A stretch of DNA of 58,437 bases from Octopus bimaculoides. Lineage: Eukaryota. Every line of letters begins with the position of its first letter. Within the stretch, counting starts at the first letter, position 1. Shown in pieces: positions 24,110 through 36,779 of this stretch. The notes below the pieces were generated by a model. That model made no database searches and had not been told where the DNA came from. It was given only the letters and a program-made list of their open reading frames with translations. The DNA is taken from contig NC_068981.1 of NCBI RefSeq assembly GCF_001194135.2, forward strand, positions 161,912,429-161,970,865. The letters run 5' to 3'. Both the position numbers and the translations under genes were made by a program.

Positions 24110-24250
24110 AACCTAAACTGAGATTCAAAGAGACTGCAAAAAGGAATATAAAGTGCAAAGGAATTGATCATAAATGGCAAACCAAAGCAAAAACTCAAAC
24201 AATGTGGAGAAAGCTTATCAAGACATACCAAAGTCATGAGCAGTCATTGT
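24110..24250 (+). mobile_element. RTE-like LINE ORF C-terminal remnant
   Basis: PKLRFKETAKRNIKCKGIDHKWQTKAKTQTMWRKLIK resembles RTE/BovB GRPKLRFKD..KR.LK..ID...W...A.DR..WR. Confidence 0.6.
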
Positions 24251-24664
24251 TGTGACAACCGACTGCAAATAATGAATAACCTGAGAGAGATTTGGCTGTT
24301 ATTTCTAGTTAGTAAGTAACTCTGTTGAAGCTCCCTTTTTGGCTTATTATGTGGTTACTGTTGTTACCGTTGAGCCCCAGGTCAGATCTGATAAAGCAAA
24401 CCTTTAACCAAAGGTATTTTAGCCATGATCATTGCATCTTTTTTCTATGTGCAGAGAAACCAGGTCCACATTATATAAATATGCCTATATTTTTAAACAG
24501 CAAAGTATAATTTGAGCATGATTTGGTTTCTATTTCTAACAGATAATATGTCCACCACATAGAAGTTCCCTTGTTGGTTTGTGGTAATTAGTGCATCATA
24601 GTTATTTTCACAGCTTGCTGTCTTTTCTGTTTCCCTTATTACTATTATTCATTTGTGAATGATT

Positions 24665-24990
24665 TTTTCCATTTTGAGTGTGATCGTTACCAGTGTCGCC
24701 TTCTGGCACTTGTGCCGGTGGCACATGAAAACACATTCAAGCAAGGTCATTGCCAGTGCCTCTGGATTGGCTCCTATGCAGGTGGCAACTAAAAAACACC
24801 ATTTGAGCGTGGCCGTTGCCCATACTGCCTGACTGGCCCTTGGCGTTAGGAAGGGCATCCAGCTGTAGAAACTCTGCCAGATCAGATTGGAGTTTGGTGC
24901 AGCCATCTGGTTCCCCAGTCCTCAGTCAAATCATCCAACCCATTCTAGCATGGAAAGCGGATGTTAAACAATGATGATGATGATGATACA
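24665..24990 (+). mobile_element. RTE 3' UTR copy with (GAT)n tail
   Basis: ttaggaagggcatccagctgtagaaactctgccagatcagattgg...gcatggaaagcggatgttaaacaatgatgatg. Confidence 0.88.
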
Positions 24991-25462
24991 TCCACCATTT
25001 TGTTATAAAGTGAATTATAACATCATTGATATATTATTGATATGACATGATATAGTCTGATATTCACTGATGAATTATAATAGCATAGCTGTGATATAAT
25101 ATGTGATACAAAAGGCTTTACCCTGTACACAATGGATTGGGAAACAAATCTATTGAAACACAGTGAGCTGTGCATTTGATTTTTCTGTATATGTTTTCAA
25201 TATACTACAATTTTATAGTTATTTAACTAGCTTTATCAATGTATGTATGTATGTAAACTCATCCCAAAAACCTGAAGTACAGTTCGATTCTGCTGGTCTC
25301 AACCTCTGTTGTGCCACTGGTTTTATAGCTATTGCACTGAAAAGTGGTTTTGCTCAAAACTTGGACTTTCAGAACGTTTGCACAGACTTACTGAGTTTAG
25401 GAAGTGGTCTTATTTAGTCCTTGGTCATACACAGACACACACAGACACACACAGACACAGAT

Positions 25463-25505
<43 letters not shown>

Positions 25506-25805
25506 GGCAGACAGACAGACAGACACACAAACATATACATATATATATATGCATATANNNNNNNNNNNNNNNNNNNNNNNNNNNNNNNNNNNNNNNNNNN
25601 NNNNNNNNNNNNNNNNNNNNNNNNNNNNNNNNNNNNNNNNNNNNNNNNNNNNNNNNNNNNNNNNNNNNNNNNNNNNNNNNNNNNNNNNNNNNNNNNNNNN
25701 NNNNNNNNNNNNNNNNNNNNNNNNNNNNNNNNNNNNNNNNNNNNNNNNNNNNNNNNNNNNNNNNNNNNNNNNNNNNNNNNNNNNNNNNTATATATATATA
25801 TATAT

Positions 25806-25920
25806 ATCATCATCATCATCATCATCATCATCGTTTAACGTCCGCTTTCCATGCTAGCATGGGTTGGACGATTTGACTGAGGACTGGTGCAACCGGATGG
25901 CTACACCAGGCTCCAATCTA
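25806..25920 (-). mobile_element. RTE 3' UTR terminal fragment
   Basis: (CAT)n gtttaacgtccgctttccatgctagcatgggttggacgatttgactgagg. Confidence 0.88.
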
Positions 25921-25934
25921 ATTATGTATATATG

Positions 25935-25973
<39 letters not shown>

Positions 25974-26124
25974 ATAAATGACAACACACGAAACTCTCGG
26001 ACCTTGAGTCACGCTGCTTTGTCTGCTAAATATTAATAGAAATATACTTACATACATTCATGCATACATTCATACATACATACATACACATACCCACATA
26101 CACACGCACACACACATATATGCA

Positions 26125-26255
26125 ACAGGCTTCCATTAGTTTCCATCTACCAAATCCACTCACAAAACTTTGATCAACCCAAAACTATAGTAGAAGACAC
26201 TTGCTCAAGGTGCCGTGCCATGGGCAGAACTATGTGGTTGGGAAGCAAGCAAAGA
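26125..26255 (-). mobile_element. CORE-like SINE head fragment
   Basis: gtttccatctaccaaatccactcacaaaactttg...gaagacacttgctcaaggtgcc. Confidence 0.75.
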
Positions 26256-26289
26256 ATTTAGTAAAATAACTTTGCCGTTATTAAGTTGG

Positions 26290-26705
26290 TTGCATATCTA
26301 GACATGCTCATATATATTTAAATGATAAACTTCTGGAAAGTTTTACAGATTTTTACCGTTCCAATGATGGACTGGATCTTTAGTTTTTGAATTAGCTTTC
26401 TCCTTTCTGGTTTTGAGAAGCCTAATTTCTCAAGATTGGTATTAAGACAGTGTGTTACATATCCCAGGGTCCCAATAATTACAAGTATAAACCTGAACTT
26501 GTAATCTGTATAGAGTAATTGCAGGTTTCTCAATAGTTCAGCATAGATGTTCTCTTTTTCCACTGATCTTCAGCTTTATGTTAACATCTGCAGGGCAGTT
26601 ATTTTCCACAACTGTGCACAGTTTCTCTTCTCTAGCTCAAATCATCATATCAGGTCTGTTGTGCTTACATTTTATTGAGGTCTTCACTGGTACATTCCAC
26701 CAGTG
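26290..26705 (-). mobile_element. RLE-type (R4-like) non-LTR retrotransposon C-terminal remnant
   Basis: Minus strand KHNRPDMMI...EEKLCTVVE..CPADVNIKLK then KENIYAELLRNLQLLY...VIIGTLG...QSIIGTVKICK; RPD...CP.D restriction-like endonuclease motif. Confidence 0.8.
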
Positions 26706-26974
26706 TTTTTTTTTTATGTATGCATGTATGTATGCATGTATGTATGTATGTATGTATGTATGTATATGTGTATGTATTTATGTGTGTGTATGTGTGTGTG
26801 TGAGAGAGAGAGAGAGCATATTTGTGTGTATGTGTTTGTGTGACTGTCAGCGAAAAGAAGATCACAGATTAATGAAGTATGCTGCTGATGCAGGACATAG
26901 TATTCCTTTGATAAAAATACTTCACTTTTCTGCAAAATAATTGTACCTTTGAATGGAGATGAATCATCATCATC

Positions 26975-27610
26975 CTCCTCATCATCATCGGTTAATGTCC
27001 GTTTTCCATGCTGGCATGGGTTGGATGGTTCAACTGGGGTCTAAAAAACCAGATGGCAGCACCAGGCTCCAGTCTGATCTGGCAGTGTTTCTACAGCTGG
27101 ATGCCCTTCCTAACACCAACCACTCTGAGAGTGTAGTGGGTGCTTTTTCATGTTCCACCGGCACGAGAGCCAGAGGCAGCTGGCATCGACCATGATCGGA
27201 TGGTGCTTTTTACGTGCCACTGGCACGGGAGCCAGTTAAGGCAGTACTGGCATCAGCCACATTCAGATGGTGCTTTTTACATGCCACTGGCACAGGAGCC
27301 AGTTGGGGCGAGGGGGCTGGCATCGACTATGTTTGGATGGTGCTTTTTATGTGCCACCGGCACGTGGACCACGACTACAATTTCCATTTGATTCGATTTA
27401 ATTTGATTTTTATTTTGATGTTGATGTACTTGACTCAATAGGTCTCCTCAAGCACGGCATGTCGCCCTATGGTCCAAAGGTACTTTTTGAGTGGGCTGGT
27501 TATGCGACACTAGTGTAGGTTACAGATGTGAATTCACTTTATTTGCTGGATCTTCTCAGTCACAGCATATCTCCAGAGGTCTCAGTCTTTCATCGTTACC
27601 TCAAGAGATC
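26975..27610 (-). mobile_element. RTE LINE 3' end including 3' UTR with four ~63-70-bp subrepeats
   Basis: ggtgctttt at 27139, 27202, 27269, 27339; ggatgcccttcctaacaccaaccactc; (CAT)n tail at ~26965-26990. Confidence 0.85.
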
Positions 27611-29442
27611 AACAAAGCATTTAGCAGGTCAAAATTAAAAACAGCAGCAACAATGATGATGATGATGATGATGATTATGGTGAAATGACAATATTAGTTG
27701 TTATTTTGATTGGCTTAAAAAAATAAATATAAACAGCCATGGATATCAAATTAAATAAGTATATTAGCTCATTAGTAAAATATCTGAAGCATATGTTCAT
27801 TACATAAGTTATAGTTTATCAATAATCATGTTGTTTAACTTAATGAATGATTGCTATTAACATTTAGCTGTCGTTTATAAAATTTATCATAGAATATAAC
27901 TACAGAAGCTGAGTATAATTGTGGTTGGAAAGTATTAATTATTACAAGCTGTTTAATTACATTAAGTCAAGAATGTTTAAATGTATCTACAAACTGTCAT
28001 ACTGTGGAAGGTCTCTTAAGAAAATAAAAAATATTAAACATACTTAGGTTTGTTTATCTATAGATTATGAGAGGGTTGAAGACATAAATAATAAACTAAT
28101 ATTAATATAATAATATAATTAATTAAGTAATTAAGAAACAGTGTACATATGTTTATATTGATCAACTAGAAAGTACAAAGTAAATTTATTTAAATTAACT
28201 GTGAAGGATTAAAAGTAGGTAATTAAATCTGCAGGTATTCAGTACACTGAATTTTATTAAATAGATTGTATTTGGTAAATATGTTGTTTTGTAATTGTAT
28301 AAACTATCTTGAGTAGATTTAAATATTTTGCGTCAAAATAGACTAATTTATAAGAGGTGTGAAATAGATGAGCACAGTCTCTGGTGTACATGTGTAACTG
28401 TGGAAATATACAGCTTGGTTTCAATCACAGTGTAAGTCTTAACAATTAATTATTTGTGGGTAAGGAGTTGCTGGCTATATGATGAGTGAAACTTACACTA
28501 AAATGACACATTAAGATTTAGTGGAAAGCAAAAAAAAAATTTTTTTAAATATCAAAATAACAATGTAGTAAGTGTAACTTTAGATAGGTAGATCTAGAAG
28601 ATGAGCTATATTCACTTAATACTTGAAATGAATACTTTGAATAGGCAAATGCATTTTATGTGTGTGTGTATATATATATATATNNNNNNNNNNNNNNNNN
28701 NNNNNNNNNNNNNNNNNNNNNNNNNNNNNNNNNNNNNNNNNNNNNNNNNNNNNNNNNNNNNNNNNNNNNNNNNNNNNNNNNNNNNNNNNNNNNNNNNNNN
28801 NNNNNNNNNNNNNNNNNNNNNNNNNNNNNNNNNNNNNNNNNNNNNNNNNNNNNNNNNNNNNNNNNNNNNNNNNNNNNNNNNNNNNNNNNNNNNNNNNNNN
28901 NNNNNNNNNNNNNNNNNNNNNNNNNNNNNNNNNNNNNNNNNNNNNNNNNNNNNNNNNNNNNNNNNNNNNNNNNNNNNNNNNNNNNNNNNNNNNNNNNNNN
29001 NNNNNNNNNNNNNNNNNNNNNNNNNNNNNNNNNNNNNNNNNNNNNNNNNNNNNNNNNNNNNNNNNNNNNNNNNNNNNNNNNNNNNNNNNNNNNNNNNNNN
29101 NNNNNNNNNNNNNNNNNNNNNNNNNNNNNNNNNNNNNNNNNNNNNNNNNNNNNNNNNNNNNNNNNNNNNNNNNNNNNNNNNNNNNNNNNNNNNNNNNNNN
29201 NNNNNNNNNNNNNNNNNNNNNNNNNNNNNNNNNNNNNNNNNNNNNNNNNNNNNNNNNNNNNNNNNNNNNNNNNNNNNNNNNNNNNNNNNNNNNNNNNNNN
29301 NNNNNNNNNNNNNNNNNNNNNNNNNNNNNNNNNNNNNNNNNNNNNNNNNNNNNNNNNNNNNNNNNNNNNNNNNNNNNNNNNNNNNNNNNNNNNNNNNNNN
29401 NNNNNNNNNNNNNNNNNNNNNNNNNNNNNNNNNNNNNNNNNN

Positions 29443-30022
29443 TTAACGTTCCACTGACATGAGTGCCAATGAGGCGGTACTATCATCGGCCACGTCAGCA
29501 ATTTTGATTTTGATTTCATTCACCTCAATAGGTCTTCGCAAGCAAAGTTTACTGTCCAATGAATGAGGGGTATTCATAAGTGGGCTGGTTACACCCACTG
29601 GCATAAGCTACAGGTCATGGTCTCACTTGGTTTGTTGGGTCTTCTCAAGCACACCATACCTCTAAAGGTCTTGGTCATTGGTCATTGCCTTGGTAAGGCC
29701 CAATGTTCGAAGGTCGTGCTTCACCACCTCACCCCAGGTCTTCCTGAGTCTACCTCTTCCACAGGTTCCCTCAACTGTTAGGGTGTGACACTTTTTCACA
29801 CAGCTGTTCTCATTCATTCACAACACATGACCATACCAGCACAGTCGTCTCTCTTGCACACCACATCTGATGCTTCTTAAATACAACTTTTCTCTCAGGG
29901 TGCTTACACTCTGTCGTGTATGCACACTGACATTACACTTCCAGCAGAGCATACTGGTTTCATTCCTTGCAAGCTTACACATGTCCTCAGCAGCCACAGT
30001 CCATGTTTCATTACCATGTAGC
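29443..30022 (-). mobile_element. RTE LINE RT C-terminal fragment
   Basis: MLHGNETWTVAAEDMCKLARNETSMLCWKCNVSVHTRQSVSTLREKL...RCGVQERRLCWYGHV, then GRPRKTW-like and VVKHDLRTL segments. Confidence 0.92.
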
Positions 30023-33000
30023 ATGCGTTGGGCAGAGTGATGGGCCTGAAGTTATCAATGTTGTTCCTCTTGTTTGGATCTTTCTTTAGCAGTGCCACTG
30101 CTCCTTGGCTCACAAAACTAGGGATACTCCTGTGTTGCTGCCAGTAGCAGTAGACTGCTGCCAAGACACCTCCAAACATGTCTGGCAAATGACAATAAAG
30201 CTCATAGGGCAGACCATCCAAGCCTGGTGACTTGCCTCCTGCACAGTCTGCCATCGCACCCCATATGTCCATTGCTGTGATGGGTCTTTCACAGCACTCT
30301 ACTTCTCTTGCCAAAAGTTGTGGCAGGCCATGCAGGTAAGTACTAAAGTCCACCCTGTGTTCTGATCCACCAGTTGTCCCGAACAGTCAGGCAAAGTGCT
30401 GTTGAAAAGCCTCACACATCATTTCGGGCTCAAGTAATTTATGCTCCTGTTCATCTGTCAGAGACCTAACGGTGGCTTTCTTGCCTCGTTGTGCCTCTTG
30501 GGCAGCTCCAATCCCTTCATTTCTCAGAGCATGCATCCTAGCTCTGACAACGCATCCTTTGTATTTGGCATTGAAGTGTTGCTTGAGGGTCAACCTTGCC
30601 ACCAGCATGTTGGACCCGATACCACTTGTATGTGCCTCTTCTAACTTCTTAACTAGGACTCCCTCTATTCTATTTTGATCTATCACTAGAACCTTACTAT
30701 ATCTAACTGATTCTGCTGTAATTACTTTCTTTAAGGCATACTACCATCTATTGTTGATGATGTCTCCCATCAACACCCTCTTAACTAAAGTGCTAATCTG
30801 GTCTCTGTAAACCTGTCACACTGTGAATGATGCGTTCAGTTTCCAGTAACCAGGACCCCGCCTATGATTCTTATCTAAGTCAAGTATACAAGTCACAAAT
30901 TTGTGATCTGTGTAGCTGACTACATGAAATTGTGGACAACCTACACTATCCTTATCCACTGTCCTACAGAATACTCTATCTAAATACAATCTGGACAGCC
31001 TGATGCGGTTGCTCCATGTCCACATTTGCACATTCGGGTGGTCCAGTCAGTAACTGTCAGACAGTTGGAAACGTCTGAGCAGGTCTTTGGGGTATTTACA
31101 TCCCCTCCTATTCCTATCTTTACTCATGTAGTCTAAATGCATGTCCAAGGTAGCGTTCCCACTAAAAGTAAAGGTCGAGACGTTCCCAGGAAAACCTCTA
31201 GACATTGAGAGAAATCCGGCCGACCTGTTAAGAATGGTGCATAAACCTTTATCAGTCAAAAAGCACACCCATTTCTGCCATCAACATCCAAGACGACCAG
31301 CCTAACCTCTGGGCCTAGGAATATTGCTCTTACTTTGGGGTCCAGACTCTTCTGAAAAAGCACCATGGTACTACCTCTGCTCATTCTTGGCAGATACAGA
31401 GAAAAATAAATGTCAAATTGTCTGCCAAACATGTGCTGGAGGGCCTGCAGGTTGTGGAGTCTGGTCTCACTGATGGCTATGATATGCACATTCTGTGACT
31501 TGATGTCATTTAACAGGCAGCCTTGTTTCCAAGGCTCCACATTTATACAACTTATTCTAAGCATGTTCCTATCAAAACTTGGGTTTTACACACAAAAGGA
31601 AAAAGGAAAAGAACGAGAGAGTCACTTACTGTTCGAAAGTTGGTTGTTCTACTGCTCACAATCTTCTCTCAGGAGGTTTTGTATGTTATTTTGATGAATA
31701 CTTCTGAAATCACCCTATTGCATCAGGGTAGAGAGATTTCTGTGTGTCGTGTGTGTTTTGTGTAGGGTTTTTATGTGTTCTGGTGGTGTTGTGCATGGGT
31801 GATTGTTTGTTTTGACATTGTTTTCTGTTATGTTGATGTTTGACCTTAATGTATTGCATTAAGTTTGAATTGTTTGTGTTTATTGCTGTCAGCATTGTTG
31901 ATTCAGTGTGTGTTTCTGTGTTTGTGTTAATACTTTTGTTTTGTGCAGGTGTATTGGTTTCAGGAACGGTAAACTTTCCTGCTTTGTTTATTTGCTTCTC
32001 TATTCATTTCCCCCCCCCTTTTTCTCCTTTCCCCTGTGGCCACATGCCATTCCTCCATGTTGCCTTCATTGGACGACATGTCAGAGGAATCAGAAAATGG
32101 GAGTCTATTTCTGAGTGTGTTAATGTTGATTTTGTTGTTGGTGTTGGTGCTGGTTGGTAACAGTTGGGATGTGGTGTATGGGTTTTTGCAGGTGGGGTAT
32201 GAATCCTTTTGTTTTTCCCTTCTTCATTTGGTGCTTCTATAGTTTGTGGTGGTGATGGTGTTGTTTCTGTTCTTGGTGGCGTTGATGGGCATGTCATTTG
32301 GTTAGGCTGGCTTGTTGGTTGTTGATGCTCTTTCATTTCTTGGTAGAGCTGTTTTATCAGCTGTGCATATGGCGGTGTGGGTAGCAGTGCTGGTTTTTTT
32401 CTTTAGATTTTGGTTTCCTTGATGTTGTGGGTGTTTTTGTTGTTGTTATTATTTTTCTTGTTGTTTTTGTTGCTGTTACTCCTTTTATATTGGGCAACCA
32501 ACTTTTAAGTGGTTTTTATTTGCTTGAATCAAGATGTCCAGTTCTGTTGATCTGTGACAGCAATTTCCAAGATGTTAATAACATCTTCAAAATTGTAGCA
32601 GATGGCTGACACCTGCCATTGTGCTTCAATTTCAGGGAACACATCCTTGATTTTTATTTTTGTGACCCTACGCCCTAAGTACGTAGGGATCATTAGTATT
32701 TCTTCAGACTGAAGTAATTCTATAGAAAACACTTTGGTTTGCTCTTTTGAGTCAAACCTGATTTCGACTGTGACAAATCTTTTGCCCCTTGCAATGTATT
32801 TTTTACCTGCCCATATGGGCCTTAAACATTTTTCAAATATTTGTTGATCTATGTTTTCGGGGTTTTCTCGTTTTTAAATTGATTGTCTTGTATATAACTG
32901 TTTTTTCTTTGTTAATATTTTCTAAAATATGATGCCTTGTGTTTAGGTTTATTGTATTAGCCTCTTTAGATAAAAGGTGTCCTGTTTCCATTAATTGTTG

Positions 33001-33360
33001 TGGTGTAAATGAAACAACTCCGTTTTCTTTGCCTTAAAACTGAAGCAAAGTTACTTTGACTGTTCGTGTTGGTGTTGTTGTTGTTGGTGGTGGTGGCAGT
33101 AATAGAGACAGTGGTGGTGGCAGTAGACATTTGGTCATTCTTCTTGCTTTCCTTTTCCCACTTGCTTGGGACACTGTTGTCAGTATGTGTGTTGACGTTC
33201 AAAACCGTGTGTGTGTGTGTGTGTGTGTGAATGTAATACAATGTTTTCTCTCTTCCTTCCAGCGTTCTGCAGTGCAGAGAAATTAATGTCTAAATAGGGC
33301 GAAAGAACGCTGGCTGCTTCAGCCAAGTTAGCGATTTTTCAGGACAGATTGGAAAAAAAA
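30023..33360 (-). mobile_element. Tx1/L1-clade LINE, degenerate: 5' UTR, ORF1, APE endonuclease and start of RT; 3' part replaced by RTE
   Basis: MLRISCINV...IIAISETRL; RLYLDRVFCR...SYTDHKFV...GPGYWKLNASF; GKSPGLDGLPYELY...GAVALLKKDPNK...NFRPITL; ORF1 remnant IPTYLGRRVTKIKI. Many stops and frameshifts. Confidence 0.88.
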
Positions 33361-33569
33361 TTTTAAATTAAAACTTAAAATACAAAAATGTACCCGCAGG
33401 ACAGGGAATTTTGAAAAACCAATTCAATCACATGAAAGCTGATGTTGTTACCCAACTGTTGACAAAAATTCAATATAAACAAACATTTATAAATTTGAGA
33501 AATTGTTTAGACTTATGCAGACAAAGTGACGACAGCCAATCAATAGATAGATAGATAGATAGATAGATG

Positions 33570-33665
33570 GCATAGTCTTTTGGCTTGCCAGCTCTTTTGA
33601 AACCATCCAACCCATGCTGGCATAAAAAAAAATAGACATTAAATGATGATGATGATGACAACGAT
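33570..33665 (+). mobile_element. RTE 3' UTR terminal fragment
   Basis: aaccatccaacccatgctggcat...gacattaaatgatgatgatg. Confidence 0.7.
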
Positions 33666-33963
33666 GATAATGCAAAAAATACAGTGCAATGACAATATTA
33701 TAAACTGAGTAACATCCAAGGCAAAAATATTTACTTGACAGTTTCATATGAAATTAAGTTTTCCTAAAAGGAAACAATAATTAAATAATCATCAGACATG
33801 GCTGGCAGGAAGTCTATAACTTAGGCGCTTTTGCACTGACGATGGGAATAACATCATCTGGTCATCAAGCCAAATAATCTGCAGTAAAATACAGAGAAAA
33901 AATAAAGCAAAAAAACAAACAAACCAAAGACAATATGAGATGCAAGGTTGAGTCCTTTTAGAG

Positions 33964-34274
33964 CAGTGGTTCCCAAAGTGGGCATCTTTGCCCCCCCCCC
34001 CTGGGGGCAGTGGAAACTTCCAAGAAGAAAAGTGGGGGCAATAATAGGGTGGTGATTCATATAAAATGATTCATATAAAATGTGGGGTGATAATAGGGTA
34101 GCGATTCATGTAAAAACAACAAAATAATGGGTTCGTTAGGTTAAGTTTTATTGTGAAATACAGTTGCTTTGAATTTGCTTCAGAAAGAGGTCTATGCTTA
34201 CTTGGGATGGGGGCACTAGGAATGTGACCTGGGTGTCAAGGAGGTGGCAACCTGAAAAAGTTTGGGAACCACTG
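33964..34274. mobile_element. hAT (Charlie-type) MITE
   Basis: TIRs cagtggttcccaaa / tttgggaaccactg; 8-bp TSD ttttagag (33956-33963) vs ctctagag (34275-34282), matching the NTCTAGAN preference of Charlie elements. Confidence 0.9.
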
Positions 34275-34699
34275 CTCTAGAGTTATATTCTTTGGATTGG
34301 CTTGGGAAGTCCAAAACAAAAAAAAAATCTGTGAGGTTGATTAATGAGTAAGGAGTTTGTAATGCATTTATATGTGCATGAGTGAGGTAGAGTGAAAGGA
34401 GTCATGAGGAGACGGTGAGAGAGAAAGAGAAGACGTGGTGAAGATAGGTGGGAAGGTAATTGGCTGGTTTGCTAAGGAGTATTATATGTATGTTTGTATT
34501 TGTTAAAAATGAGATGGGGTCTGGGGAGAGAATGTGATAATGAGAGAGCAAGGGGAGAAGAAAGGAGAGGATGATCGAAAATGAGATGAGAAAAAAAGGA
34601 GAGAGACAAAATGGGGGAAAAAGAAAAGAAAAGAATCATGCAGGGCAAAGGGATAATGTAATATGGGATAAAGATACCTCTAAAAGGTAAAAATGCTAG

Positions 34700-34930
34700 T
34701 CTTTTGCTCATGTGGCCTGGTTAGCTTTATGTGGATCTTAAAAGAGGTCTTGTGGTTGTTCAGTTTGGTCATAAAAGGGTCTTCTGTTCCTCTGATATAT
34801 AGCTGCATCTGTGTCATTTTGCTACTTCTGTTTTATACATAACAGCCTCAGTGTTACATTCTCCATTTAGTGGGCATATAACATTACCACTGCATGAACA
34901 GCCAACTTCTGTGTTTGGTTTGAGCCTGTT
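34700..34930 (-). mobile_element. Penelope-like GIY-YIG endonuclease remnant (same type as 11.8-12.2 kb)
   Basis: GCSCSGNVICPLNGECNTEAVMYKTEV, then frameshifted GTEDPFMTKLNNHKTSFK. Confidence 0.78.
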
Positions 34931-35699
34931 AACTCAAATTTATTTCATACTAGCAAACACACCCATCGTTTGGACAGTTTAAGTTGATTTGGTGGTATTT
35001 TTTTCACCAAATAATTGAACTACCTAGAAGGTTTATAAGTAGCGCAGCAATCTATGTTTCCGATTAACCTAAGAATAGAAAACCAAATTGAAGGCTGGTT
35101 ATTGTGGAGGTTGTTGCACATTAAAGATCATAGAACATATAAGTTTGTGAGCGATGCAAAGTAGAGCTACTGAAGTGTCTTGGAAGTAGATTATGGATAA
35201 TGACATCAAAAATATAGTTGTTTTACATGAAAGTAAAATTATTTCTTATCAGAAACAGCCACATAAATGGTGTAAGGAAATTGAAGGAAGATGTTGAAAC
35301 TTTCCCTCTGCAAGTTTATTTTATTCAACAGCTAAGGGAGCTATTTTTTTTTCAGAGATGTATGATTGGTATGTTAAAAAATGGCAATATAATACCTACT
35401 TGAAAAAGTAGAGTTAAAGGAATGTATTTGCTACATGTTTACAGCCACTCTGAAATTGACTTCAGGTAACGAAAAATGAAGACATGTAGAGTTTGACTTC
35501 AGTTCATGAATACTGCTTTGAATCTTTAGCAATTCGCAGTGAAAAGATGTCATATTGAACAGTAGACAGATAATTGTGAAGTTGTAATGATGGTAAAAGT
35601 GAGCAGGATACAGGTATATACGTATGCAAAATAACCAGCACGAGTCTTATTGTGAGCAGAGAGTTTACTTAGAGTTGTCTTCCTGTATGTAAAGACAGT

Positions 35700-36620
35700 T
35701 GCTAATGAGCTATCCTGAAGGATTAAAAAGGATCATGTCCACCGGTAATGCACAATGAAAATTGGAGAATGATTGCATTGTATTTGAGTTTTTAGCCATT
35801 CAGACCAAAATCAGAATGTTGCCCAGTCCACACCATGAGGATGCAAACTCTTGTGGACCACCCTACACCATCCTACACCATCCCATGTCAGTGTGTCAAA
35901 ACAGCTGCTAAAGAGTTGACATAGAAAAGCATGTTGATGCATTGGTGAAGGAGGCAGCTATGTAGTCGTGTGTCTTCATCGGGACAGCATAGCAGAACTG
36001 CAATTTCATCATTTTGGAGCTGGTCAAAGCATCCTTGGTGCTCTCTGATAGGCGTTCGGTCACTCCTTGGGATAATTTTGAAGTTAGGCTCATCTGTATA
36101 TCAGTGCTGTACAGCAGTTTTGAAGTCCATCACATATCAGTTGGTGGTGTGGAGCATTTCCTGAAGTTTATTGAAAGGAGGCATTTTTGTTCCAGGTGCC
36201 ACCTGAGCTCAGTGAGCTGTTTGCTCAGTGGTATCTCCCATGAAGTACATTTGAAGAAATCGGTGTTCAGCATTGTTGACAGGAAGAATAGAACCTATCT
36301 GATGATAGGTTTGGCCCTGAATTTTGAACGTTGGCATATAGGAATCTTCATGAAATGGTTTGTGACTGAAACTTGTCATTTGGAAGGCAGAGTTATAAGC
36401 ATGAATTTTCTGTATAAATTGCTGCAAATCAGGGTGTTGACCAAGGAGTAGAGAACAAAGGCTTGAGGAGTGTTTTGAAGATCAGGCAAACAAACCTTTC
36501 TGTTTGAGCAGAATAGGCCACTGGATTCTCCAACCCACTTGAGGGCTTTACAAAATGGACATATTACAGACATATCCCCTGTAACAGTCTCTCGATGAGT
36601 GGTGCAATCCTCAGCAGGAT
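35700..36620 (-). mobile_element. Helitron Rep/helicase N-terminal remnant
   Basis: MSVICPFCKALKWVGESSGLFCSNRKVCLPDL; FIQKIHAYNSAFQMTSF...MPTFKIQGQTYHQIGSILP...RFLQMYFMGD; LQEMLHTTN*YVMDFKTA. Heavily decayed toward 35700. Confidence 0.88.
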
Positions 36621-36779
36621 CATAGTTGAGTGCCTTTGATGCCTATTGACTACTCAATGGCTTCCAATAGCCATGGGCAAGAACCTTCTGGTGAACATTA
36701 GACTGAAGTCTCATCATCCAATGATTATCGCCATCTGCCAACTTTGTGGCAGAAGTGGATGCAGCATTGCATGCCCAAT

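Noticed and set aside
33245-33330. Strong-looking acceptor ttttctctcttccttccag
   Set aside because: Stops in all frames shortly after; better explained as the purine-rich 5' UTR of the minus-strand Tx1 element.
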